In this document: in pieces, positions 19,737-29,076 of the stretch | Numbering within the stretch: position 1 is the stretch's first letter | Layout of the letters: each line of letters starts with the position of its first letter | Source of the DNA: Candidatus Latescibacterota bacterium | GTDB lineage: Bacteria; Latescibacterota; UBA2968; GCA-2709665 | Reading direction: 5' to 3' | NCBI GenBank assembly: GCA_965219455.1 | Contig: OZ244744.1 | Coordinates: forward strand, 3,872,001 to 3,936,000 | DNA length: 64,000 nucleotides | Notes under the pieces: model-generated | What the model saw: the letters and a program-made list of their open reading frames with translations, nothing else | Told to the model about the DNA's origin: nothing | Databases searched by the model: none | Made by a program: the position numbers and the translations under genes

Positions 19737-20597
19737 ATGATTAAGGTGGTGAGCTGGAACATCGATAAACAGGTTAAGCCGTGGGGCGAACTGGTGCGGA
19801 TGGCGAAGGACAAAAAGGCCGACCTGGCGCTTCTGCAGGAAGCGGGAAGTCCACCCGGAGACCTGGTACATCTGCTCGACTACGAGGACGCCGTATTATG
19901 GAACCGGCACTTGTACGACCGCTGGCCATTGGTCGTGAAGCTGTCCGATCAAATCAAAGTAGAGCCTTACGTGCAGGTGCCGCCGATCAGCGAACTTGGG
20001 AAAGATGATATTGGCGTGAGCGGTATCGGTACCATCGCCGCAGCGAAGGTGATCCCGGTCGACAGCAAGGAAGAAGCATTCGTCGCTATTTCTATGTACG
20101 GGCGATGGCTGAAGCCTCATCCGTCTACCAATAGCAAATGGATCTACGCTGATGCTTCGGCACATCGAATCATCTCGGACCTGTCGGCTTTCATTGGTCA
20201 CACCGACCCGTCCAAACACAGGATTCTGGCGGCGGGCGATCTGAATATGTTCTACGGGGCGACCGGGACGAAGCTGTCACTTCCGGAGCGTGAGCGCACG
20301 GTCTGGAATCGTATGGAGGCGCTCGGGCTGGAATTCCTGGGACCGCAGGCTCCTCACGGTCGGGAAGCGGGAACAGCGCCGGACGACGTGCCGTGCGACA
20401 CGAAAAATGTGCCGACGTACTACAAGAAATACAAGAAAGGAGATGGGCCGGAAGCGGCGGCGAATCAACTGGACTACGCATTCGCGTCGCGAGGCTTCCA
20501 CAAGAGGGTGTCGGTGCGTGCGATGAACGAGATCGATGAATGGGGACCAAGCGACCACTGTCGACTGATCATCGAGGTGGAGACCAATGCCGATTGA
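19737..20597 (+). CDS. EEP family nuclease/phosphatase
   Basis: VVSWNI, DLALLQEA, AAGDLN, QLDYAF, SDHC; RBS GAGGAGG. Confidence 0.85.
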   Translation: MIKVVSWNIDKQVKPWGELVRMAKDKKADLALLQEAGSPPGDLVHLLDYEDAVLWNRHLYDRWPLVVKLSDQIKVEPYVQVPPISELGKDDIGVSGIGTIAAAKVIPVDSKEEAFVAISMYGRWLKPHPSTNSKWIYADASAHRIISDLSAFIGHTDPSKHRILAAGDLNMFYGATGTKLSLPERERTVWNRMEALGLEFLGPQAPHGREAGTAPDDVPCDTKNVPTYYKKYKKGDGPEAAANQLDYAFASRGFHKRVSVRAMNEIDEWGPSDHCRLIIEVETNAD

Positions 20598-20666
20598 GGC
20601 CGCGCGGGTCGCCGGACACCTTGAGCGCATTTTGTAGTCGAATACTTCCGGCTGCTCGACCGAAAC

Positions 20667-20761
20667 GAGGGCGACCGGCCGGTCGCCCCTACAAGACCCA
20701 ATGTCGCTGTCCGCTGCATGCAGTCACCCGCGACCTGGCCAACCACAAGGGTTGCCCCTAC
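20667..20761. repeat. Pair of REP-like palindromes
   Basis: GAGGGCGACCGGCCGGTCGCCCCTAC and GGCCAACCACAAGGGTTGCCCCTAC; both end in CTAC, the complement of the GTAG REP tetranucleotide. Confidence 0.7.
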
Positions 20762-20903
20762 AGATTCTCTAGATGCGCTGACGTCAATGGATCGCCTTTT
20801 CGTTCTTGGCCGACAGCTGTCGACTGATTGCTGCAAGCTTTCTTCTCCTGTCGCAGAGATTGCGACAACATGGACATATATTCACCCGGATGGATGATCC
20901 TCG

Positions 20904-21075
20904 ATGTTCGTTTTCCTCGACAATATCACCTTTCGATACAGAGGCGCAAAGACGCCCGTCCTCGACGGGCTGACGCTTTTTGTACGGTCGGGGGAGATTG
21001 TCGCGATAATCGGGTCTGCGGGCGCCGGCAAGACGACGCTGCTGCGATACGTTGGCAAACGCTCGGACCGGCAGG
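20904..21075 (+). pseudogene. ABC ATP-binding fragment (5' part, Walker A)
   Basis: MFVFLDNITFRY...GEIVAIIGSAGAGKTTLL; paralogous to ~14697-14865, then fused to unrelated sequence. Confidence 0.7.
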
Positions 21076-21163
21076 GCGGCGTGCATATCGGTTCGGATGG
21101 GTACGAAGACGAGACCAGTCCCGGCGTGATCCGCGGCTGGCGTTTCTCCGGGGGTGTCGACGC

Positions 21164-21433
21164 TTACCCGCCCGAGTGGCGATCGGAACGATGGCGGGGG
21201 GTGTGGATCCGGCGCTTTGCGTTCCCGAACATGGCGCTGGACGGATCCGATCGTGAGCCGCCGGGCGGCATGTCCGCAGTGATAAGCAGGGCGCCGATCT
21301 GTTTTGTTCGAAACAACACCGCATCGTCGTCTATACCCGGGTCCATTTCCGCGATATACAACACGGTGCGGCCGTCTGAGCGTAAGCAGTCACCGAAGTC
21401 TTTGTCCACGTTTTCGTCGGCCAGCGAATTCAT
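21164..21433 (-). pseudogene. DUF5615 PIN-like toxin, 3' truncated
   Basis: LADENV...GIDDDAVL....ALLITAD then loss of similarity; directly downstream of DUF433. Confidence 0.65.
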
Positions 21434-21666
21434 GTAATTTGCTCAGCTACCGGATAAACAACGTCGGCTCGAAGCGCCCGTGCTGCAAAACTCAAAGCTG
21501 CCAGAACGTTTTCTCTCGTGAGACGGGGATGCGCTTCAACGACCTCCTCGATCGTGTCGCCAGTAGAGAGTTTATCAAGAATCAATTCAACGGTGATGCG
21601 GGTACCCGCAACAACGGGCTTCCCCATCATTACGGAGGGATCGGATTGAATGAATTTTGCGTCCAC
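21430..21666 (-). CDS. DUF433 antitoxin
   Basis: DPSVMMGKPVVAGTRITVELIL...HPRLTRENVLAALSFA. Confidence 0.9.
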   Translation of the reverse strand: MDAKFIQSDPSVMMGKPVVAGTRITVELILDKLSTGDTIEEVVEAHPRLTRENVLAALSFAARALRADVVYPVAEQIT

Positions 21667-21687
21667 GTTCGTTCTCCTTGTCCGATG

Positions 21688-22356
21688 TTACTCAGCATCC
21701 ACCAGCTTTCCGTCCTTGAATATCAACCTCAAGTCGTCATAAGCGAGAATGGTCTTGTCGCCGAGTTCAACGCGCGTCCTGGGTTTGCCTTTCCGGGCAA
21801 TCACTTCTTCAATGGACATGTTCAATTTAAGCAAAACGGTTTCCTCGGGACCTGCTAACTCCGGTTCGCTTGCTGCAAAGGCGACGTTGAAAAGGCGTTC
21901 AACTTCCGGGATTGTGTACTCTTCTCTATTGACTTTGAGGCGAACGGCATGGCGGGCACCTGACAGTTTGTCGAGTTCAATATATACCTCTTTCTCCCTT
22001 GCCTCGGCTTTTCGGATTTCGACTTTCGCGCCCCTTTGAATAACCCGCACGCTCCACCCCGAGAGCGCATCTCTCGTAATGATATTCCGGACCTCTTCGG
22101 CGAAATCCTCAGCCGACTGAGATTGAGACTGACGAAAACCGCCTATGGTAGCGCGATATGAAACCTCTCCATTTTCCAGGACGTTCGCGGCATCAACGCC
22201 TCGAATCCCGTCATTTACCTCTACAAAGTCAATTTTGATCCAGAACGTCTCGCCTTTAAGCGCCGCAACATGACTTGCAACATCTGCTGTCTGTGCCTGT
22301 GCGGTTTGAATAGAGGCAACAAGCATAGACAAGAATACCACAAAAAAACGCATCAT
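21688..22356 (-). CDS. Hypothetical exported protein
   Basis: Signal peptide MRFFVVFLSMLVASIQTAQA; RBS GGAGG; C-terminal MSIEEV...GKP..YDDLRLIFKDGKL. Confidence 0.75.
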   Translation of the reverse strand: MMRFFVVFLSMLVASIQTAQAQTADVASHVAALKGETFWIKIDFVEVNDGIRGVDAANVLENGEVSYRATIGGFRQSQSQSAEDFAEEVRNIITRDALSGWSVRVIQRGAKVEIRKAEAREKEVYIELDKLSGARHAVRLKVNREEYTIPEVERLFNVAFAASEPELAGPEETVLLKLNMSIEEVIARKGKPRTRVELGDKTILAYDDLRLIFKDGKLVDAE

Positions 22357-22799
22357 ATCCCTCCAATATGTTTAGTTCACGTCACAGCCAGCCACAGTCC
22401 ACAATGGACCGGGACGCGGGAATGGACCATCCAACATACGCTTGCGGTCCGTAATGAGGTGTCCGCCGTAATTCCGGATGGTTTCCGATTCAAAACGACG
22501 CTTGAGATCCGTCTGTTCCGTTAGCGCAAGATCAACCCGAACACTTTCAGCGAGTTCCCGGACAACCCCTAATTCGGTATGCCTGATCGTTTGCTGCGTC
22601 AGTTGCCAGGGTGTGGCATGCGCAATTTCCGAGATTATATGACATTCGGCGGAATGTGTCAAACTAAATGAGACAAATATCCCCAAGAATCAGTGAAATT
22701 TTCCGAGCGGCATGCCTTGGGTTTTTGGATCGTTAATCGAGACGGATTGGGACAAGGCCGGCGGCGTTGTAAGCCCAAGTACATAACGTCCCTGGCGAG

Positions 22800-22980
22800 T
22801 ATACCGGTCTGGCAACGCAACGACTACGACCACGATATAAGAAACGAGCCGACGTTAAGTCCGATCCGGCAATACATCGCGGACAGTCCGGTCAGATGGC
22901 CGGAAGACCCGGAGAATCCTGTCGTAGCGGAAGGCCGGAACCCATCATTTTAGCGTAGGGGCGACCGGCCGGTCCCCTAC
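22800..22980 (+). mobile_element. REP-associated tyrosine transposase (RAYT) 3' relic plus flanking REP
   Basis: VWQRNDYDHDIRNE...IRQYIADSPVRWPEDPENP followed by GTAGGGGCGACCGGCCGGTCCCCTAC (22955-22980). Confidence 0.75.
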
Positions 22981-23054
22981 GCCAGAACTGCCAGAACGAC
23001 CCTGATGATGTCCGGATTGCATCTCACTGACTTCCGAATATAACGGGGAACGGT

Positions 23055-23083
23055 TTGAATCCCGCGCCCTCCTTTCGTATATT
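23055..23083 (+). promoter_or_regulatory. Putative sigma70 promoter
   Basis: TTGAAT-17nt-TATATT. Confidence 0.5.
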
Positions 23084-23267
23084 CATATCGGGAGAGAAGC
23101 ATGTTTCGACACGCCGGAGAACGATTTCAAGGTGCGATCGTTTACCTCTTGAGGTCGAATCAATCCCGCGTTTGCGTTACCGCATCACCCAATCAAAATG
23201 GTCCGGTCTAAAGACGAAATTTCTTTGCAGGTTACGTTCGTACCGTCAAAACAAAACGGAGACCTTC

Positions 23268-23654
23268 ATGCCTAACGGAGATCCCTATCCGGAGTCCCAG
23301 GCCAAGAGGAGTATTGTGGCCGGAATCTTATTGTCTCTTGTCACCTTCGGCATCTATGGACTCTATTGGCAATATAAGCAGATGGCGACGCTCAACGCCT
23401 GGCTTGGGAGAAATGAGTATTCCTTTTGGCTCTGGTTCTTTCTCTCGATTATCACCTGCGGTATTTTCGGCATCTACTATGAGTATAAGATGGCAACGGG
23501 TATCAATGAAGTCCAGGCCGACAATGATCTGGAATACGACTCCAATCTACCGGTCATCTGTGTCCTGTTAGCGATTTTCGGTATCGGTATCGCCTCGCTT
23601 GCTGTTCAGCAGTACCAGATCAACAGACTCTACGGGCGAGCTTACAATGGTTAG
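23268..23654 (+). CDS. DUF4234 membrane protein
   Basis: ILLSLVTFGIYGLYWQYK ... IITCGIFGIYYEYK ... QYQIN. Confidence 0.8.
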   Translation: MPNGDPYPESQAKRSIVAGILLSLVTFGIYGLYWQYKQMATLNAWLGRNEYSFWLWFFLSIITCGIFGIYYEYKMATGINEVQADNDLEYDSNLPVICVLLAIFGIGIASLAVQQYQINRLYGRAYNG

Positions 23655-24021
23655 CGTTACGGCGGTCGCGCGCTTTTTTTTAATTGGGTTGGGTGTGGCG
23701 GGCCTTTGCGTTGCATTGTCTGATGTGTCACTGTCAGAGGTTGCATCGATCCCTTGCGTATTTTTTTTCGTGACAGATATTCCGTGTCCCGGGTGTGGGA
23801 TGATGCGGGCATGCCTCAGCCTGACGCATGGACATATCGCAGACGCGTGGCGGTACCACCCATTCTCTTTAATAATTGTCGGACTGGCGGTTTGGATAGC
23901 ACTGTTACCAACCTGGTTTGGCAACGTCTGGAGCCGTTGTTCACCAGGCAAGCGAGATGGGATATCCGTTTGCGCTATTGTGCTATGTCTCGTCGCCTGG
24001 ATACACAAATTGTGGGCGTAA
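23647..24021 (+). CDS. DUF2752 membrane protein
   Basis: C.F...T.IPCPGCGMMRA......G....AWRYHPF. Confidence 0.8.
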   Translation: MVSVTAVARFFLIGLGVAGLCVALSDVSLSEVASIPCVFFFVTDIPCPGCGMMRACLSLTHGHIADAWRYHPFSLIIVGLAVWIALLPTWFGNVWSRCSPGKRDGISVCAIVLCLVAWIHKLWA

Positions 24022-24124
24022 AGGCAGAGATAAGACGCGACGCATCAATAGTACATCCCAAATGGTATCACAGTACATACGGTCTTCCGCACTGATCGCA
24101 CGAGACAGGAGAGTCCGGATTTTT

Positions 24125-24148
24125 GTAGGGGCGGTTCGCGAACCGCCC
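24125..24148 (+). repeat. REP-like palindrome
   Basis: GTAGGGGCGGTTCGCGAACCGCCC. Confidence 0.65.
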
Positions 24149-24530
24149 GCCGTGTGGCCCCTTAAATTTGTACCTCGGCCACCCGGTGGTTGCGTGGGGG
24201 GTTTTGCCGCGTAATTCCGTCCAGCATTTTAGTACTGGTACATCTGACGGGCACGTAGGGCATCCAATTCCCATTTATGTCTCTGAGGCGATTCGCGGAA
24301 AAACCGGCCCCGCGGCGTTTGAGCGGCGCCCTTCTTTTTCGCCCTTTTTCTTGGGCGAAGCAAGAAAAAGGGCAAGGGAATAGGGGACGTTAGGGGTGGG
24401 GGAGAATCTATTCGTTCCCATGTCGATTATGGCACGAAATTCCCCATCTGGACCGACAGATTAAGCCCGGCATCGTGATTCACGCGTCTACAATTTATCG
24501 GTAATTACAGAAACCATAAGGAGAACGAAA

Positions 24531-24872
24531 ATGGATATCGAACTCGTATACTGCTCCATGTGAGGGTATGAAGACCAGGCCGTCAGTTTGGCGCGCCATC
24601 TGCTGAAAAAATATAAGACGGATATCTCACGCTTCACCCTGGTTCCCTCGGGAAGGGGACGATTTGAACTCACTGTGGACGGGGAACCGATTTTCTCAAA
24701 ATTGAAAGAGGGTCGGTTCCCTGAACACGTGGAGATCGAATCCCGCCTCGCCGCACGAAAAGGAGACAGCGTTTCTCGTTCAGAATCCTGCTGTCAGGAA
24801 GCAGAGCCTGCCCAACGGAGACGAAAGGGGTTCAGATCCCTCTTCGCGATGCTTCTGCGGAAAGCCGGTTAA
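24531..24872 (+). CDS. SelW/SelT/SelH (Rdx) family selenoprotein, in-frame UGA = Sec
   Basis: RBS AAGGAG, ATG 24531; MDIELVYCSM-TGA(24561-24563)-GYEDQAVSLA...LVPSGRGRFELTVDGEPIFSKLKEGRFPE gives the CxxU motif. Confidence 0.85.
24564..24600 (+). promoter_or_regulatory. Candidate bacterial SECIS hairpin
   Basis: CCAGGC-CGTCA-GTTTGG stem-loop begins ~11 nt after the UGA. Confidence 0.45.
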
Positions 24873-25055
24873 CACGCCGGTTTCAGTCGCGTCGTCCGAT
24901 ACCGGGGAAAACATGAACAGGTCCAAACCATTGCAAGCCCGAGTTGGTGTGGGGGTATTGTGCCGACGTCGAATATTGGCTATTTTGTTTGAGGGTGGTG
25001 CAGGGGAGGGATGGCCCGGATGGACTCTCCGATACTCACATCCAGGGAGGCTGCC

Positions 25056-25730
25056 ATGGTGTACCGTATCTGCCTCGTGGTGTCAGGTCTAATTGCATTA
25101 GCCGGTTGTTATACCCAGATACGGCCGCCGGAATTTGAAACGGATGGTCGGGTCGGACCCGGGGCGTCCGCGGATACGGCGTCTGTTGTCGTATACAAAC
25201 AGTATGTGTACAACTATTTCGATCCGTACAATTGGGAGGTGGCGCCGTATTTCGACCCTTATTATCCGGGATATCCCTCTTGGGCCAGACGGGGTTTCAG
25301 ATGGAGAAATTCCTACTGGACGGCCGCATACGGACCGTGGTGGCGGGGGTGGATGCGGCGGATTCTCGCGCGCGGACGGTTATCCGTTCCCACGTTCAGG
25401 TATCGCTCGGCCGAACCTTACCCGATCGATCTTCACGAACCGCGTCTGCGCATCAGACATACCGGATTGCGGGGTGGCGAGCCCGCATCCGCCGGTACGG
25501 TCCGTAAGGGAGGCGGAGTAACAAAGACGACGCGAAGGCGCCGTGGGCCGGCAGCCGGCGCGATCCGCCCAAATCCGAAACCTGAGAGGTCGGGGACCGC
25601 AACGAGAACCGCCTCGAAACCGCGCGATTCGGGCGGCGGTAGTTCATCTTCGAAGAAGGAAGAGAAAAAGCAGGAGGAAAAGCGCGAGGAGAAGCGTGAA
25701 GGCCAGCGGCGGAGAGGGGGGATGAGATGA
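25056..25730 (+). CDS. Putative lipoprotein
   Basis: RBS GGGAGG; lipobox LAGC; Tyr/Trp-rich middle and basic low-complexity tail. Confidence 0.7.
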   Translation: MVYRICLVVSGLIALAGCYTQIRPPEFETDGRVGPGASADTASVVVYKQYVYNYFDPYNWEVAPYFDPYYPGYPSWARRGFRWRNSYWTAAYGPWWRGWMRRILARGRLSVPTFRYRSAEPYPIDLHEPRLRIRHTGLRGGEPASAGTVRKGGGVTKTTRRRRGPAAGAIRPNPKPERSGTATRTASKPRDSGGGSSSSKKEEKKQEEKREEKREGQRRRGGMR

Positions 25731-27010
25731 GGCGGGTCCGCCCAATGGTTCCGATGCTGGCGTTCTGCGCCTGGGCGGCGGCCCTCAACGCGCAGGAGGT
25801 CGCACTGGATGGATTTTCCGGCATCGGCGCGCGCGCCATGGGAATGGGTGGCGCGTATATTACGGTATCGGATGATTTCTCCGGTCTTTTCTGGAACCCG
25901 GCGGGTTTGGCCAGGGTCCAACGCGGGTCTATCTCGTGGGGGATGTCGCACGATCGTTTTCGAAACGATTCGCGTTTTTTCAGCGGTGCTTCGGCCTATG
26001 AATTGAACAGTACGCGCGTCGCGTCGGTGGGCATCGTATACCCGGCTCAGGTCTATCGGGGCAGCCTGGTTTTTGCGGGAGGGTTCGGGCGCAACCGGCA
26101 CTTCGACGGCGGATTGCGGATCGACGCGTACGATGAAATCGCCAATTTTGAAAAGTCGGGTTTTTCGGAAGACAGGGGTACCTTCGGCGCGTGGACCATG
26201 GGCGTTGCAGTCGACCTGGCGCCGCGTCTGTCGGCGGGGGTAACTCTGTTCAAATGGCGGGGAACCAATCGCTTCATGCAGGAATTGACGCTTGAAGACG
26301 TCCGGCAGGTCCACGTGGATACGGTTCGTATTTTCCAGCGTTTCGAATCCGACGACCACTTCTCCGCGTTGGGCGTTCAGGGCGGCATCCGATACTGGCA
26401 TCCGTCCAATTTCCGGCTTGGCATTACGGTTTCCGCGGCGACTCCCATTCGGGTGTCGGCTGATCTGGCGGACGAATTCGAAGATACGTTTGACGATCGG
26501 ACGGATATCTATCCGCGCGACGCCTACGCGGACAGGTACGAGATACGCCAGCCGCTCTCGCTGGGATTCGGTCTTGGATGGTCCTCGGCCGGATTGACCT
26601 TGAGCGGCGACGTGCATTACGGAGATTTACAGGAAGTAACCTACAGCGTCCTGGCTCGGAACATTACGCCGCACGTCGACGATTTCCGCCAGCAATACCG
26701 AAGCGCGGTGCGGTTCCATCTGGGCGGTGAATACGGCATTCCGGGCCGAGGCGTCGCCCTGAGGGGCGGATACTATCGCGATCCGGTTCGGTACGTGGGA
26801 GGCGGCCCCGTACCCGAGGTGCGAATCGAGGCGGACCGCGATGCGTGGACGCTTGGGATCGGCGCTGAATTGGATCGGTATTTTGCGGTGGATCTGGCGG
26901 CTGTGTTTGGCGGGTATCGACAGACGGAAGGCAATCGCGAAGACAGGGTGCGTACAGTACGCGCACTGGTTTCGATGCGTGTGAATTTCGACGCGGACCC
27001 GTATCGGTAG
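25727..27010 (+). CDS. OmpP1/FadL-like outer membrane protein
   Basis: GARAMGMGGAY.....D.SGLFWNPAGL; LGGEY....LRGGY. Confidence 0.8.
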   Translation: MRRVRPMVPMLAFCAWAAALNAQEVALDGFSGIGARAMGMGGAYITVSDDFSGLFWNPAGLARVQRGSISWGMSHDRFRNDSRFFSGASAYELNSTRVASVGIVYPAQVYRGSLVFAGGFGRNRHFDGGLRIDAYDEIANFEKSGFSEDRGTFGAWTMGVAVDLAPRLSAGVTLFKWRGTNRFMQELTLEDVRQVHVDTVRIFQRFESDDHFSALGVQGGIRYWHPSNFRLGITVSAATPIRVSADLADEFEDTFDDRTDIYPRDAYADRYEIRQPLSLGFGLGWSSAGLTLSGDVHYGDLQEVTYSVLARNITPHVDDFRQQYRSAVRFHLGGEYGIPGRGVALRGGYYRDPVRYVGGGPVPEVRIEADRDAWTLGIGAELDRYFAVDLAAVFGGYRQTEGNREDRVRTVRALVSMRVNFDADPYR

Positions 27011-27049
27011 GACGGACTCGCTCCACATCCGAGCGAGGCACAGTATAAT

Positions 27050-27083
27050 ACCGCCGGTTGCGATCAACCGGCGGTTGTTTTTT
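27050..27083 (+). terminator. Intrinsic terminator
   Basis: ACCGCCGGTTG-CGAT-CAACCGGCGGT followed by TGTTTTTT, between convergent genes. Confidence 0.75.
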
Positions 27084-27124
27084 GGTGGTGGCCTGGATAG
27101 ACGCACGTACATCGGCAATCTGGG

Positions 27125-28423
27125 TTACACACCGGCAGCCGCGAGAATATTCGCTCGGGTTCCGCGTATATCGAAGCAGGCGTACTGGTTCTTCCGCATA
27201 ATGCGCGTCGCCACGTCCATCGCCTGTTTTTCCGTCATATATCCTTCCGCAATCTCCGCTTCGAGCCCGCGGCGAATTTCATTTCGCGCCTGGATGGAGT
27301 ACGCGAGCGCGCCCGTCGGCCAACCCGTGTCACCCCCGAATGCAAACAGCTTGTTGGACGGGACCGCATGCAGAAAGCGGCGCAAAAAGTCCCTGGAACT
27401 GTATGGATCGATGCTCCATGCCCAGCAGAGATCCACCCAGATATTGCGGTAGTGCTTGGCAAGCGCCACCAGTTCGTTGTTATACGGATAGGCGATATGC
27501 ATCAGGACAAACCGGGCGTCCGGATAGCGCGCGAATAGGGCGCACATATTTCCGGCGGCAATACGACTCACCGGCATCCTGTCGTTGCCCGCGTAGTATC
27601 CCGTGTGGATTTTGAACGGTAGATTGTGCGCGATTGAGAGTTCCACCCCGCGCGCCCAGCACCAGTCCCCCAGGCACAGGCGCGCCTGCACAGGGACGTC
27701 CTCATCCGGCCCCGCCAATATTTCCTCCAGTGCGGCGGCCGCCTCCGAGTTGTTCCGTTCCTTCCAGTTCAAAGTGCGACTGTAGGCATGCTGTGCCTTC
27801 ACCGCGATGGCGCATCCGGCATATTTCGAGAAGAGCCCTTCCATCGCCTGCCTGAGGGTATCCAGACCGGCCACCTCTACGTCCGTCTCGGCGTGTATTT
27901 GGCCCGGATTGACCTGTCCGTTGCAGAATCCCGCCCAGGAGAGATCGTAGAGGAAAAAATCGAGTCCTGAATCATCGGGCAGACATGCCCATTGGAAATC
28001 GTCCGTCTGAACGTGATCCAGTCTGGCCGCGTCGCGCAGCAGGCGTAATCGTTCGCCGGGGCGCCGCAGTGAATGGGTCTTTTCCTGGGCGCCCGTGAGG
28101 GCTTCCCCGGACAATGTGTCGAGGCCATACACATGCCTGGCAATGAGACGCACAGCCTCACCGTACCCCGTGAACTGCGTTGCTTCCCATGCCTCCCGTA
28201 TGCCCTCGAAGCGCCCCGCGACGTCGGCGTCGGAGCCATCCATCAACCGCTTCATGGCGGCAGGGGAAGCGCCGGCCGTATGAAGATCGGCCGGGACGTA
28301 GTTTCCGAACAGATCCTGCAGAATGTCGGGGCCGTCGTTCAACCAATCCGGTTCCTTGCGTAAATGCTCGTGCGTGTCGACAAGAGCGGTTTCCTGTATA
28401 TGATGGATCAGGTCAGTGTTCAT
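27125..28423 (-). CDS. Amidohydrolase family protein
   Basis: VDTHEH, FKIHTG, FVLMHIAYP, WVDLCW, FGGD. Confidence 0.85.
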   Translation of the reverse strand: MNTDLIHHIQETALVDTHEHLRKEPDWLNDGPDILQDLFGNYVPADLHTAGASPAAMKRLMDGSDADVAGRFEGIREAWEATQFTGYGEAVRLIARHVYGLDTLSGEALTGAQEKTHSLRRPGERLRLLRDAARLDHVQTDDFQWACLPDDSGLDFFLYDLSWAGFCNGQVNPGQIHAETDVEVAGLDTLRQAMEGLFSKYAGCAIAVKAQHAYSRTLNWKERNNSEAAAALEEILAGPDEDVPVQARLCLGDWCWARGVELSIAHNLPFKIHTGYYAGNDRMPVSRIAAGNMCALFARYPDARFVLMHIAYPYNNELVALAKHYRNIWVDLCWAWSIDPYSSRDFLRRFLHAVPSNKLFAFGGDTGWPTGALAYSIQARNEIRRGLEAEIAEGYMTEKQAMDVATRIMRKNQYACFDIRGTRANILAAAGV

Positions 28424-28467
28424 CCGTTCGTCCCCCGTGCCGACCCCGCGCTGCGGCCGACTCGATG

Positions 28468-29076
28468 TTACGTACCGGTCCAGGGCGGAAAGAGTTCGTG
28501 CTCGATGCCCAGCAGATTCAGGATGCGTCCGGCGATGAAATCCGCCAGGTCGTCAAAGGTCTCGGGCTTCTGGTAAAATGCCGGCATGGCCGGCAGGATT
28601 GCGGCCCCCGCCTCGGCCGCGGCGGTCATGTTGCGAAGGTGGATCCGGTTCATCGGCGTTTCCCTGGGGACCAGAATCAGAGGCCGGCGTTCCTTGAGCG
28701 TGACGTCCGCCGCCCGTTCGATCAGGTTTCCCGACGCGCCATGTGCGATATTCGACAGGTATTTCATCGAACACGGCACAACCACCATGCCGCGCAAGCC
28801 CACGGACCCACTCGCGACAGGCGCCGCCATATTGCCAATCGGGTGAACGACCACGTGCCCGTTCGCAATTTCCGCTCCGTACCGATTGGAAAGGAATTCC
28901 TGAAATTTGGATTGCTTTCCCTCGAAACCGCCCTCCTCGCGCAGAAGCATCCAGCCGAACCCGGAGACGATGAGATGCACCTCGTCCCCGTTCATCAGCA
29001 GCGCGCGCAGGGTGCGCAGGGCGTAGATCGCCCCGCTGGCGCCGGTAATCGCAACCGCAATCCGGTTCACCGCCAC
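28468..29076 (-). CDS. ubiX: Flavin prenyltransferase
   Basis: VAITGASGAIY, ASGS, VVPCSM, RAADVTLKERRPLILVPRETP, PAFYQKP. Confidence 0.95.
   Translation of the reverse strand: MAVNRIAVAITGASGAIYALRTLRALLMNGDEVHLIVSGFGWMLLREEGGFEGKQSKFQEFLSNRYGAEIANGHVVVHPIGNMAAPVASGSVGLRGMVVVPCSMKYLSNIAHGASGNLIERAADVTLKERRPLILVPRETPMNRIHLRNMTAAAEAGAAILPAMPAFYQKPETFDDLADFIAGRILNLLGIEHELFPPWTGT

Noticed and set aside
1-24000. cas genes or an integron/tyrosine integrase serving the repeats
   Set aside because: No Cas1, Cas2, Cas6, RAMP, Cas3 or IntI motifs in any ORF. The large helicase is SF1 DUF4011-type, not Cas3. No convincing attC sites were seen.
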